DNA of 64,000 bases from Klebsormidium nitens (taxonomy: Eukaryota > Plantae > Klebsormidiophyceae). The stretch spans positions 1-64,000 of the forward strand of contig DF237128.1 of assembly GCA_000708835.1 (NCBI GenBank). The letters run 5' to 3'. Every line of letters begins with the position of its first letter. Position 1 is the first letter of the stretch. The position numbers and the translations under genes were made by a program. Below, one piece after another: positions 1-11,600 of the stretch. The notes below the pieces were generated by a model. The model worked only from the letters and a program-made list of their open reading frames with translations, had not been told where the DNA came from and searched no databases.

Positions 1-470
1 ATAAGTGACCTAAAACTACACGATTGTGACACGCGTCGCTCGCTTAGCGATTACCCGAGCCGATATGGCACCGATGGATTATGGCATGACATCTGCATCG
101 ACGTCGAATGTGCGCGTACAAATCAATTATGCCATGATATTCTGACAAGCAGCGTATCGGAACATGCAAGTACACATGGTCCGACAATTAACGTAGGCCG
201 ATTTAATGCCCGACCAAGTCTTGACTAATTCAATGAATATTTCTGCGTATTATGGTGTACCTAAACCGCATACTGAAATTGCTCCGCCAGAGGCTCGATG
301 GAATTGGACATCCGCCATGCATGGCACAGGACATGGACCATCTCCGAAACGACTATTCCGTAAATCCTTCTGAACACCCAAGATTAAAACATTTACGATG
401 CGCTCTGGCGGCCAGGCGTGGGATTCGAATATGGCTAAGCGTGTGCAACATGCTAACTTGACGTTTTATG

Positions 471-1630
471 TCAATGATCTTTCGATTGCGTCCTTGTCTG
501 AGCATTTCCAGCAACACCTTCTTCTCCCCGTTCGTCCCCGTCATCTTCCTCGTCACTTTCATAAGAAGCCAATTCCAGCAGCACGGATGGTTGTGTGCTT
601 GCTTGTGATGCAGCTGCAGTCGTACCTGGCTGATCACTATCGGTGCTTTCGTCGGGTCTCCTGGACGGGCCTACCTGAGGGTTCGATGCACTGGTGGGCT
701 GCCCCATACCTGTGGTACTTTCATTTTCGTTGGGTTCCGCTTTATGTTCAGCCTTCGCTTTTTTTGGCTGGACCGCAAATGTCGTTAATGGCAGCTGCGA
801 TTGAAGCCTGTGAAGAAGGGAAGATCAAGTGGCGTTAGACACTACTGTAGCTTTTTCTTTGGGGCCTGTGCCTGCCGCATAGAGGATGCTTTCTAAATTG
901 TGGATGTCACATCAGCGCACTGGTCAACATTGACTGTCAAATCCAAGCTTCGATTCCCTCTTGGCTTGGAAGAAGCTGTGCCTGCCACATGCTTCTGCCA
1001 GTCTCCAGCGGGCATTTGAGCAGCCCACCTTGCGTTCGGCTTGGCCCTCTCCTTGCTTTGCCCCAGCACGGGCAGTGCGGCGGCCTCCGTCTTGGCCGCC
1101 GCTGCTGCGCGGAACTGGGCAAAAGCCCTGCGCTCCGCCTGAATGCGCGCACGCTCCGCGTCCTGCTCGGCGTCCTCCATCTCACGCAGGTACAGCAGGT
1201 CCTCGGTGTCGAGAGCACCACGCCCACGCAGATACCCGCCTGTCGGAATATATGGCGCAGCGTGAGCAGAGACCACGCCAGCGGATCTCCGAACAGTAGC
1301 AACAGCAGGGGAGCTTAAACAAGGACCAGCAGAGCCTCTCGGAGCAATCGCCCTTTCATTTCGAAACTGGGACATGTAGACCCTGAGTTTAGCGGCCCCT
1401 ACGGTTAGCACTGCCGATTCGCAAGGGCCCGTCCGTGGGGCAACTACAACAATACTTAGGAAGCACATGTCGGATTCTTATATGATGCAAAGTTTGGAGC
1501 CAACTCAGCAGCGGTGTGCCCCAGACCCTGGCTGGCTCAGCCTTACCCCGTTCATTCGCAGAATCTTGCATCCGCGCCACCATCTTCTTGAACTTCTTCT
1601 CTTCATCATCAACATCCTTCCGGGACTTGT
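471..1630 (-). CDS. Spliced nuclear protein, weakly FAM192A/PSME3IP1 (NIP30)-like; 5' end unresolved
   Basis: Exon-like pieces: ~1536-1630 DKSRKDVDDEEKKFKKMVARMQDSANERG (ag...gtaagg bounded), ~900-1290 ...RGALDTEDLLYLREMEDAEQDAERARIQAERRAFAQFRAA..., and 471-~640 ...SVLLELASYESDEEDD... The xLDxEDxxxL...E...F segment and the acidic 'LxSYxxDEEDD' tail resemble NIP30-family proteins as I recall them. Exact splicing was not fully resolved. Confidence 0.4.
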
Positions 1631-3004
1631 CTGCAGGAGGGGCAGAAAAATGTGAAATAAGCGAAGTGATTAAGCTTTTCGTACAGCTTTAGAGCTACGA
1701 CTTTGATAACCCATTGCAACATCCCCTACGACAAAGTATGACTGATGCTTCCCTGCAACAGAAAGCCTGGCCTAAAGACTGTGTGCCTGATTCTTTCCAC
1801 AGGAAGTTCATAGATCTCCCCTCATTAGTCGTTTCAACCGAACTCCTTGCAGGCAAGCTAACAGCTGCTGCAGGGATAGCTGCCCTTTTCCTCGCCACCC
1901 TCCGGAGCTCAGAAGCTGTCAACAAGTACGGCTTATACAGCACGCATTCTCAAACTTAGCGATGTTTTGGAGAGGGGGCAGGCCCTACTGAACAGCAGCT
2001 ATTCGCCAACACTTTCATCATGAAGAAGACTCTCATCAATCTTTTGAGCTTTAAGTTCTTACCATCCGAGAGGTTTGTGAAAATTTTCACTTCTCTCCTT
2101 GCCATTTCGCCTGGGCGCCAACCTTGTAACGCGACAATGGAGCTCTTCTCCAATCTCTACACAATTACATCCAGTGTTGCTGGCTATTTGTCGATAGAAT
2201 TATGCAGAGCGCAAAGAGAAAGATTTGGGTCCTCTTCCATTTGATGAAGTACAAACTAAGAAGTGGACGGATCCTTGAGACACAAAGCACCTCAGTACAG
2301 ATCAGGTGACATCGTCCGTGCCCCTCGACCGCCCTTCGCTTGCTTGGATGAAGAAAGTGGCAACTTCAAGAGCCCACAACGGAGAGAAGGCGCCTGTCGG
2401 GGAGAAAGGTCTTTTCAAAACTCTAGCACCAGAGCCCTCACAGAGTCACAGTGTCAGGCTCATTGAAGCACTTTGAAATTTGAGAGGGCTGTCCAAAAAT
2501 CCAGGACTGCAATGATCAGACTACATGAACGAGAACGGGGGTATTCTCGAGTCGGGGCCCGACAATGGTCAAATTAAACCTTTATCAGAGCCGGTTTTGA
2601 GGTTTGGATCAATAACAAAAAGAAATAGTAAATATTAGGAGCGGGCACTCGGGAAACCGGCAACATAGCGGCTGCCGTTTGAAACGACTGACACTGGTGC
2701 ACTGCAATCTCGCGAATTAATTACATTGAAAAGTTTGGTCGTCACTCGTGACGACTCGAGTGAGCTGAGAGCCGCGCAGAGACGAGCCGCGAGTCGGAGT
2801 CAGAGCACGGAAGACAACTCGGACTCAGTGTCAGAGCAGCCCTGTTGCATGAAGCCCGAGTCCTGACTGGGCTCGCATTCAGTGTCCACTCACATTCAAG
2901 CACTCGCATTCTTGATCATTTGGCGGGTTAAGTCCTAGGGGCAGTCTGGGAGTTCCTAGAGGCAGTCTCGTGCTTGAAGATTTTCAGCTTGAAGAACTGC
3001 AGAT

Positions 3005-5731
3005 ATGAGCGAAAAGCGAAAGCACCAGGGAAGCGGTGCGCAGGGTGGGGACTCCAAGAAGAAGAAGAAGGGACAGTACTTTGCAGTAAGTAATCTGTTG
3101 CGATCAGTTTTTGAATGTAATGCTGTGGCTTCAGCAAATTCGTCCTGCTCGTTTTGAAAACACTTGCTTCTTTCTGCCCAAGGTGGTTGGAGGCACCGTG
3201 GTAGAGGTGGGGGTATGATAGAAGATACCATGCTGGTCTACAAGACTTGCTCTCCAGGATTGGAACAGAATCGTCAGCGCAGAGAAGACACACGTGGCAG
3301 TCTGAATCTTGTAAAGTCGATGGATCAGAACTCTGACTGCTGGTCATACATCCGGTCATTCTTTTCATCCATTCCCGCTCTATATCGTTGGCACTGCTGG
3401 GAATCGGTGGTGGTAGGTCGTGCACGTGGTGGCTGCTGACGCTTTGTGTGCATGGTTGCAGCCCAAAGGTGGGAGGCCTGGGAAGGACATCCCTTTGGGG
3501 GTGCAGGGCTTCCTGCTTTCGTGCACCCAGGGCCGAGAATGGCAGGCGGGCAAGGAGATAGTCAATGTCCTGGAGGAGGTGGGGCGCACAAGACCATCCC
3601 TGATGCGCTGTGGCTTGCTGAACTCGAACATGCTGTGGAAAACCAGCTTCCGCAAAGAGTCTCCGTGTAAATGATAAGCTGCTATGGTGCAGCAGTCGTT
3701 GGGTACTGCAGAGGAAACCTTCAAGCCCCACTTTGTCAGGCATGCTGAGGATGTTATCTGATCAGAGTTGCCAGTGCCACCTGTCCAGGCCTGGGAGGAG
3801 CTCACAGGAAAGACCAGTGAGAGGAAAGGGAAGCCTGCTGAGGGTGCAGCTGAGGGTGGTGGCGGCGTTGAGGCGATGCTGGAAGAAGAGCTGGGGGAGC
3901 TGCGCGACACATCCAAGGTCAGGGCAAATTACACGCGGATTGCAGATACGCTTGCTCTGGCGCTGCAAACAAAATCAATGGCTGGGGCACTACAAGAAGG
4001 CTATGGTGTGATCGTCCTGCCCAGTCTGCCAGCATTGGAGCAGTACTACTTATGTGACTTTCAGGATGTCGAGGCCAGCTTAAACTGAGTCATCTTCGGT
4101 GGAGACTGCAGAACGTTGTTTCACATGTTGCAGTACAGAAGTTGTAGTCATAGATTTTGAAAGTAAACTTTTCACTCAAGCTCGGTCGTCAGTGGGAATC
4201 ACTCTATCTCTGTGTGAGCGCTGGTTGATTGCGCCCCTGTTCTTATTTGAGACACCACAAGGCTGCGAGCCGTGTACGGACGCTGAATTCGTTTGTGCGC
4301 AGGCTCGTTTCTGGCGGATCGACACAGGCTGCAAGTGCTTGACTTTCATCAAGTGGACCCCTGAGGAGGGGGATCCCTCCCCCGGCCAGATCGTGCTCCA
4401 CATCCTAGAGGCGGCCCAGAAAACCAAAGTCACCAAGACGAGGTACGCTGCATATCCTTGAGTTGCATACCTGCCTCTTCAGTGGTGGCAGGTACCGGCA
4501 CTTCCCAGCTGGGCTCTGCATTGTCTTATATGATGGTGCAGCATCACGATCTGCGTTCTGGATGTGACAGAGGCTCCAAGGTACGCACTGTCCTTCCCTG
4601 AATGGGTTGCCATTCTGCATGCAGAAACTGCTCGCGAATCTTTCCTGTGGAAGTAACGGCATACGCTTCGCTAGACAAGATCAAGGCGGCGGTGGCTCCC
4701 CTGATAGAGAGAGAGCTTCCCGAAGGAGAAGACGAGCCGACTTTCACAGTGAGCAGCTGGCACCACCATCTCAATCGTACTCGTGGCTTGCACAATCACC
4801 ATATAGGGCCCCGTGAGCCTCTTGAGAGACCACACTTGAGCCCGTCGGCTGAGCCCGATCACCTTCCCTGACGTGAAGAATAGTGTATTGCCGGTCGCTC
4901 TTTGGAGTACTGAGTGTTAGTCGACCCAGATCTAGTTACCCTTACTTTGCGACCCTCTTGCTGTTCGCATTGAGCTTGTTGACACACCGCTTACTCCTCG
5001 ACGTTGGCTCCTCTTACTCTCCTCAGTTCGGCATCCAGTACGAGTACCGGGCGAACGACAGCCTGGATCGGAAGGAGGTGATTGACGGCATCGCGAGCAT
5101 GGTGCCCAAGCGGCACAAAGTGGACCTGAACAAGGCGGACAAGACCATCCTGGTGCAGATCATCAAGGTAGGCCCGCGCAGCACGCACACCATAAAAGTC
5201 CTCGCAGCAAGAACCACAGGGACTAAAGGCCCTCGATGGTCTGAAGGCGATGATGTCAGATGTACTCGTCTCGACTGGTTTGGTTCTCAGGAACCTCCTT
5301 GAACGTGTTCTGAGCTAGTACAGATTAGCACGCGGCCCCGTACCAGGCTCTCATTTCTTTTGCCGATTCCCTGTGCAAGGCTAAGGCTGTGCTGGATAAG
5401 GTTTATGACACGCTGCCGATAGACATTGCACGGAAATTGAGAAGCCCACCACTCAAGCCTGTAGTTCTGATCTTGTACCTTGCAGACAACGTGCACGCTG
5501 AGCGTATTGCCTCGGTTTCGAGCCCTTGCGCGATACAATCTACAAACGCTGACCGATCCGAAGCAGGGCGGAGACAAGGGCACTCAGGATGCGAAGCCTA
5601 ATCCGAGCGCAGGTGAAGAATCAAAGAAAGGAGAAACAGGCAAGCAGGATGCGAAGCCCAATCCGAGCGCAGGTGAAGAATCAAAGAGAGAAGAAACAGG
5701 CAAGGAAACCCCTTTGTTAGGGGAGACCTAA
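3005..5731 (+). CDS. THUMPD1: THUMP domain-containing protein 1 (Tan1 homologue, tRNA ac4C adaptor)
   Basis: Exons: 3005-3085 MSEKRKHQGSGAQGGDSKKKKKGQYFA|gtaagt; 3462-3578 PKGGRPGKDIPLGVQGFLLSCTQGREWQAGKEIVNVLEE; ~3787-3917; ~4300-4440 RFWRIDTGCKCLTFIKW...GDPSPGQIV; ~4630-4750 RIFPVEVTAYASLDKIKAAVAPLI; ~5029-5168 FGIQYEYRANDSLDRKEVIDGIASMVPKRHKVDLNKADKTILVQIIK; ~5486-5731 TTCTLSVLPRFRALARYNLQTL...stop. These match plant THUMPD1 motifs (GVQGF, HKVDL, YNL). Confidence 0.93.
5585..5704 (+). repeat. Two-copy 60-bp in-frame tandem repeat in the THUMPD1 last exon
   Basis: caggatgcgaagcc(t/c)aatccgagcgcaggtgaagaatcaaaga(a/g)ag(g/a)agaaacaggcaag twice, encoding QDAKPNPSAGEESK(K/R)(G/E)ETGK. Confidence 0.95.
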
Positions 5732-7013
5732 GCTATTGAGCGGCACAGTGCATGCGTCTCGCAACCAGCGGCAATGGATACTCGTGCATCTGGAACGCCT
5801 GTGAATGAAGGGCTCAGATGATCGTCCAAAAGAATGCCGCCTCTTCATCAGCAAGCGCACGGTAACGTTTTGGCTCCGCATGCGAAGGTGCTAATATTGA
5901 CGTTTTGCATGAGAAAGTCACCAAAGACCGGGGTCCCAAATCAGGGCCTTCTTACTGAGGTTATGAAACTTTGGCACATATTGCTGTGGCGGTCACATGC
6001 ATGACCTCTATTGAATCTGAAGGCACTTAGCCTTGGTAGAGCGGGCATGAGGGACTCGTAAGGTATGCCGACGTTTAGTACCTGAAGTTTACGGCAGATC
6101 AACGTGCAGATGCACATGACGGACCTTAGCTCAAGTGCCTTGGTTCTGCATATTGTGCCTTGATACTGATGCACCTGCGCGTCCCTTATAATTAAGGTCA
6201 TGTCCAATGTCACCGCAGCAAATAGGCGTTGACGGCGCAAGCCACAGGCCATAGATGAGGTGCGATTCATGGATAAGCTGTGTACACATGGACTGCAGAT
6301 CAAATCGAGCTGCAAACTGATAGAGCTACGGTAGTAAAGAGTACAGGACGGCACTCACGCAGACGGTACGATGGTATGGGCGCAGATTATTGCAGCATCG
6401 TGACTGCGGGATATGGCACGCGCGCTGCGGCTATCTGAGTACGTGTTGGTTCAATCTTTGTAAGAATGCGACCTTGATGACAATTATGTGTTCCTCCATG
6501 ATGAGCATGCATGCGTACTTCGGCGGCCATCGATCCTGTAACCAACACAACGAACCAATAATCAGGTATGATGCCAAGGTCTTGCATCCTTGAGCAACGT
6601 CAACCAGTCTGGCTCATGCGGCCCAGGATGACAAACGCCTGGAAAACAAGGTGGCATGATTTTGGACGCATGCGGAATATATCGAAAAGATCATACCTCC
6701 CTGAGGCATCCCTGCCGCTGCAGTACCTGTTACCTTCCTTCCGAGAAAGTCGATCATCATCTCGCTTACAAAGAGTCGACTCTTCAGGATCAGTGTGGCC
6801 AAATGGACACTTGAAAGTGCAAGCTAATCAGGCCCATCACAAGTGGGCCACGTAATGCTCATTGGTGCCCTGCCGACAGGTAGCAGATTTGGAGGGGCAA
6901 AGGTAGAAGCCTACCCACAGCAACCTTTACATTAAAATTCTGCTTACTCTGATCCTCAATGGTGCTTGCAGAGAGACGCGCTGACCAGGCCTATCTTCTT
7001 CGAAGATTTGTAA

Positions 7014-8208
7014 TCACATCTCATGCTCAACTTGTATCATCATCCTTGCTAATTCAGCATCGGAAATCTTCTCTATTGAGGCACAGTGGAGGAGGTCAGC
7101 AATCCGGGCCGCCAGCTGATGCTTGCACTGCAGCAACAGGGTTGACAGGAAGATGGAGTACGTACGACATGCATGGGTCAAATGAGGATCACCCTTAATG
7201 GAATCAGAGACATTGCAAAATAGAGAGCTCTAAGCATTCGCAGATTTGTGACGGACTCTTTCATTTCGGGTGGACTGTCTTTTGCAGCATTTCAACCAAG
7301 TTGCCTGTGCTCTTCCTTGAGACAGCAACAAGCTTGCTGGGAACTCACATGCAGCTGCTCCCCTTTGGAGACGACGTCATAGAAGAACGAATGACAAGAG
7401 CAGAAGTGGCTGGGAAAGCAGGTGTACTTCTCGCCTCCGTGCCCGGCCACCTGCACAGGCTTTGAATGGTGGATCCGAGGATTTAGTGGCATGACCATAC
7501 AAGACAAGTAGCACTTCATATCTATCCGCGGTCTAGCTCTGCAAACATTCTGAGACTGAGCACCAATCTTGTGATGAGAAGCTCAGGAGTGTGCAGCCAG
7601 GTCATGACCCAGTGCAATACCACCGCAAGACTGCACCTGAAACATAGAGCGCCCACTGCGTTCTCCCACAATGCTCCGCACCCCGCCAGTTGTGGCGATT
7701 TGCAAGGCCCGCTCTAGATTCTTCCCAAAGAAAAAGGACAGGCTGCACAGAGGATGTAGGTGTAGGGAGTGCCTCTCAGCAAAATGCAAGTGAGCATGCG
7801 TAGATCTTTGCAAGAGCAATAAATCTGAACGATAAGTTGGATTCTGGACTAAGGGTGGGGGCTAGTACGTCATTAACTGACAATGTACATTTCTAGAAGG
7901 CTGGAGATGGTGTCAACTCACGAAAGCAGCTGCTCGTCCGTTACTGCACAGAAAAGCGCAAGATCAGCGACAAAGAATGTGAACCATCTGCAAATTCGGT
8001 GCAATGTTATTGAAGCAGCAATTAGCCCAGGGCCCTCAAAGGCGCTCTTTCAAAACTGGTCGTGGTCTGCGAGCTGTTTGCACTGATGATTCTCCCACTT
8101 ACGAGAGGTTTGCTTGTCGTCTGGCGCTTGGTCAACGACGGGTGCATCCTGCTCCTTTGCAATCGCTGTGAAGAGCGCGTCCACAATCTGCGAAGCAGGA
8201 ACCTGCAT
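7014..8208 (-). CDS. ZSWIM7: SWIM zinc-finger protein ZSWIM7/SWS1 (Shu complex, homologous recombination)
   Basis: Spliced exons: MQVPASQIVDALFTAIAKEQD...(ATG 8208); mini-exon (V)TDEQLLS (~7923-7944); LSFFFGKNLERALQIATTGGVRSIVGERSGRSMFQ; VAGHGGEKYTCFPSHFCSCHSFFYDVVSKGEQLH; CKHQLAARIADLLHCASIEKISDAELARMMIQVEHEM*. The SWIM CxC...CKH motif is intact and splice sites are canonical. Confidence 0.92.
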
Positions 8209-8629
8209 CTCTGGGGTGCCAATGGAGGTGGTGGCGCAGTTTCGTATTCCAGGGGCTTTCAAGACCCTTGTATCTGAGCGACCAGTCTAGGGCCCATTCT
8301 AGCTCTGGTGGCTAATAAATTGTTGTTTTAATCTTCTGTCTTAGATCCTGCACCTCCGCTTCATGTCCCTATCCTATGCTCTGGAGGGCGACAGCACGTG
8401 AGCAGTGTGGAGATGGAAGTGTGTCCAATGCAATAGCAGTGCAAGGCCAATGCAGGTACGAAGACATTGCACACACTAAGGACGCAACCGTCAGCCAGGG
8501 GCATCCGAGGGGATCCCCCTGCGCCTTGGCAAGTGAGTTAAACTTCTGAGATCCAGACGCCTCGAAGTTGAAGTCGCAAATTGGCACATTGCAGACACTT
8601 TTCGGATCATTGGCGTACTCTCTCAGTAG

Positions 8630-11600
8630 CGCTCTGCGCCTCCTCATCTCAAACGTGTGGGCTACAGATCAGTCAATCAGCTTGAGCTGAAGGAAGCGCA
8701 GGCCAGATTAAAAAGAGAAGCTGGTATGAAATATTGATGCACTAGGCGCGTACATCTGCAGGAATGGCGCGCATATGAACATCTGTCAATTAGCCGAGGC
8801 GGGGTGATACGAATGGCTCTGAATGCAGAACACGTTAGTTGCTGCCTCTCTGTGCCAACCCCATTTACAGACACAAAGGTGCAGGAATGCGAGACCTTTC
8901 AAAAATGCTGTTCTCTGAGGATAGGCAAGCAACGCAGCAGTGGCGCATTTGTACACCCCCGACGGCTACGCCTCCCACAATTTGGTGAACCATTGCAACG
9001 GGTGTCTGGCAAGCTGAAGTGCCATGATTGCAGACACGTAAACAGCGCTCCCACCACTGCGGGACTGGTTGACAGCACTGGGGGAACAGGAGGGCAAAGT
9101 GCGGAGACCTCAAGTGGCCCCTATGGACCTTCCAACGACCTTTGGTTGACACAGGAGGTGGACCGCTTGACGAGTATGCAGGTGAGGAATCAAGGCATGG
9201 TGAGCAGTCCCCAGCCATGGAGTCCCTACTGATGTGCCCATGGTCAATTGGTGCTTTGTATGCAGTTATAATGTATGCACTTGCAGCGCTGTGGTTGCCA
9301 ATGTCGCTGCCGCCTCCTTGGGGTCACACAGCATTCCGTGTCTGTCCCTGAATGCAGCGGGCGCTTCCATCTGATGGCCTCCTTCTGACGCGGGGCAAGT
9401 GGAGCTGCGAAAGGCGCACCGCCAGCGACATTGTGCTGGTGGGAACCATGCAGTAAGGCCTGCTCCTTGTCTGGCTCGCCCAAATTGTGACAATCTCAAT
9501 GCACTGGCATCGGTGTACGGCTTCCTCGTGCATTTGTGCCTGCCACAAAGAGATGAGGCCCTCTGAGCCCCTCCTGTGTGGTATCTGCAGTTTCCACAAC
9601 CTCTCCGACCGGCGGGAACTCTTCATTCCTGAGCTGCGCGCAGAGGCAACCCTGCTGGCATCCGATAGCCTCCGGAATGTGATCACGCACACAGAGGTGA
9701 GGCCTGCACTTCAGTGGACCTGGCTGGGCAAGGGGAGGTGGAGCACTTGGTAGCGTGGCCACTCATTCTCGCCTAATTCTGCTGAGCCAAGAGAAGGTGG
9801 TTGCGTGCTGGTTGTTGGGCCTTCTGACACACGTCTGAGCCCGGCATAGGTGGTACCTCGACACACAGGCAAGTACGCAGTCTCTGCGCGGCCAGACGGC
9901 TACTGGCAAGCCTTCATCCTGGAGGCAGGCAAAACCACCAGCATTGAGGTAAGTATGCTCCGACATATGACTGGCTTGTTCTTGCTTTCATGTCTGAAAA
10001 CACATCAGCTAGTACGTTTTCTCTCAGGATCTTGTTGCTGTATAGATGGCCTCAGGACACACAAACAAGGCAGCGATTGCATTGAGCGGTGCTTTGCATC
10101 CCTTCTCGACCAGTCTCAGCCAATATTCATTGTGGCCTTGTGACACAACTTGCTTTCTCGACGTGTAACCTTGCTTTCAGGGCGGCGCATGATATGCACG
10201 AATCGTCTTCTGTACAGGCCCGCGTCTCAATACGTGCCCCTGACGAGCAAACCTCCCTAGACTTCCTCCAGGTAAGTAACTTTCCCCGTACCCAGTCCAT
10301 GCTTCTTGACTAGCTGATTCCTCCAGACACCTTGCTTTCGGGGCCTCCGTGGTCAGCTTGCCATGCTGGGCAAGGCCTGCCATCTCCCCGCCAACATTTC
10401 TTGCGTGGAGCTGCTGCAGGCAGTGTGGTTCCGCGTCCACTACATTGCCTACGGTCCCCACGGCCGCACCCCCCACACCCAGCACGCCATCCTGCCCCTC
10501 AGCTTCCCGCAAGCAGACACCGCCACACCGCAATGGAGAAAGTAAGTCTCCAGCGTTCCTGTGACACTACTCTAGTAGATTTCACCGTCGACCTCTTAGT
10601 TTGAACACCCCTCGTTTTCATGTTTGCCCCATGGCTACAGTCTTGGTCCAACATGGTCAGGCTGCATCAGGCACCCTTGTCCTCCCCCTGCCTTCCTCCT
10701 GCTTCTGTCCTGACGTGCGTCCCTTTTCCGCCCAGAGCGGGCCCGCGCGCGCAGGTGCTGCCCATTCGCACGCATCTGCTCTCCCATCTCGACGACCCTC
10801 TCGCCATCTTCAACCGGTGAGCTCCGATCCTCAGGCTTTCTCTGGTGAAGGTAACCCCGGTCTTGAGTGGAATGGGGGGGCGTCTGTCGTCTGATCAATT
10901 GCTTCTCTCGCAATGCACTCGGAAATTTGCCTGACTACTAACAAGAAATGGGTCGGCGTAAAGTACTTTCTCGAAGTAGTTCTGAGAAACGGAAGGACAA
11001 GATATGGTCAGGCAGATTGCTGTCAGGGCTTGCCTTGCGCTGCTGCTTGTCCAGCTGGTGCGGTGCTGCGTGCCTGCAGGTACGTGCTGCCGCACGCGCG
11101 GCCAGGCGACATCTTGGCGCTCGGGGAGACGCCGCTCGCCATCATGCAAGGTCAGCCACTACGGGTGCTTACATCTAGTTGTCTCCTCATACAAGCAAGC
11201 GCAAAAGCGAGCCGCTGGTGAGTACTGCTCCTCCAAATTTGATGCCGGTCTGTAGCACGGCTGGCCCCCTGCGCATTGCGACCTCTGCCTAGCCTGGATG
11301 CTTACTCCGCTGGGTGTGCGCCCCTGGCGCCAGTGCAGGCCGGTTCCGGCACCCCAGCAGTCTCCGCCTGAGCTGGGTGGCCCTGTGGGCGTGCCGCCTC
11401 TTCCACCCCACCTCCAGCCTGGCCACCGCCTGCGGCATGCAGGCAAGCCGCACCGCTCACTGTTGCCGCCACGATCGGCTGCGGTTCGCCTAGCACCCGA
11501 TCGCCGACGAGGCGCCTGCCTGGCACTTGACGGCCCAACTTTGTCGCTTGTGCCCTCGAGATGGCTACTGGCGTGCGTGCTACTCCTCCTTGTGCTGACG

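Noticed and set aside
1680-2500. In-register short ORFs on both strands
   Set aside because: They are interrupted by multiple stops and have no recognisable family. I could not link them confidently to the NIP30-like gene.
2928-3743. 271-aa minus-strand ORF
   Set aside because: It is antisense to THUMPD1 exons 1-2 and intron 1, with no domain or coding signature of its own.
5585-5704. Direct repeats considered as a CRISPR-like array (also 16289-16340, 22156-22196)
   Set aside because: Only two adjacent copies with no spacers and no cas genes, in a eukaryotic context.
5941-6860. Splice-like signals and short frames between THUMPD1 and ZSWIM7
   Set aside because: No combination gave a stop-free, recognisable protein. 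It may be UTR or non-coding.
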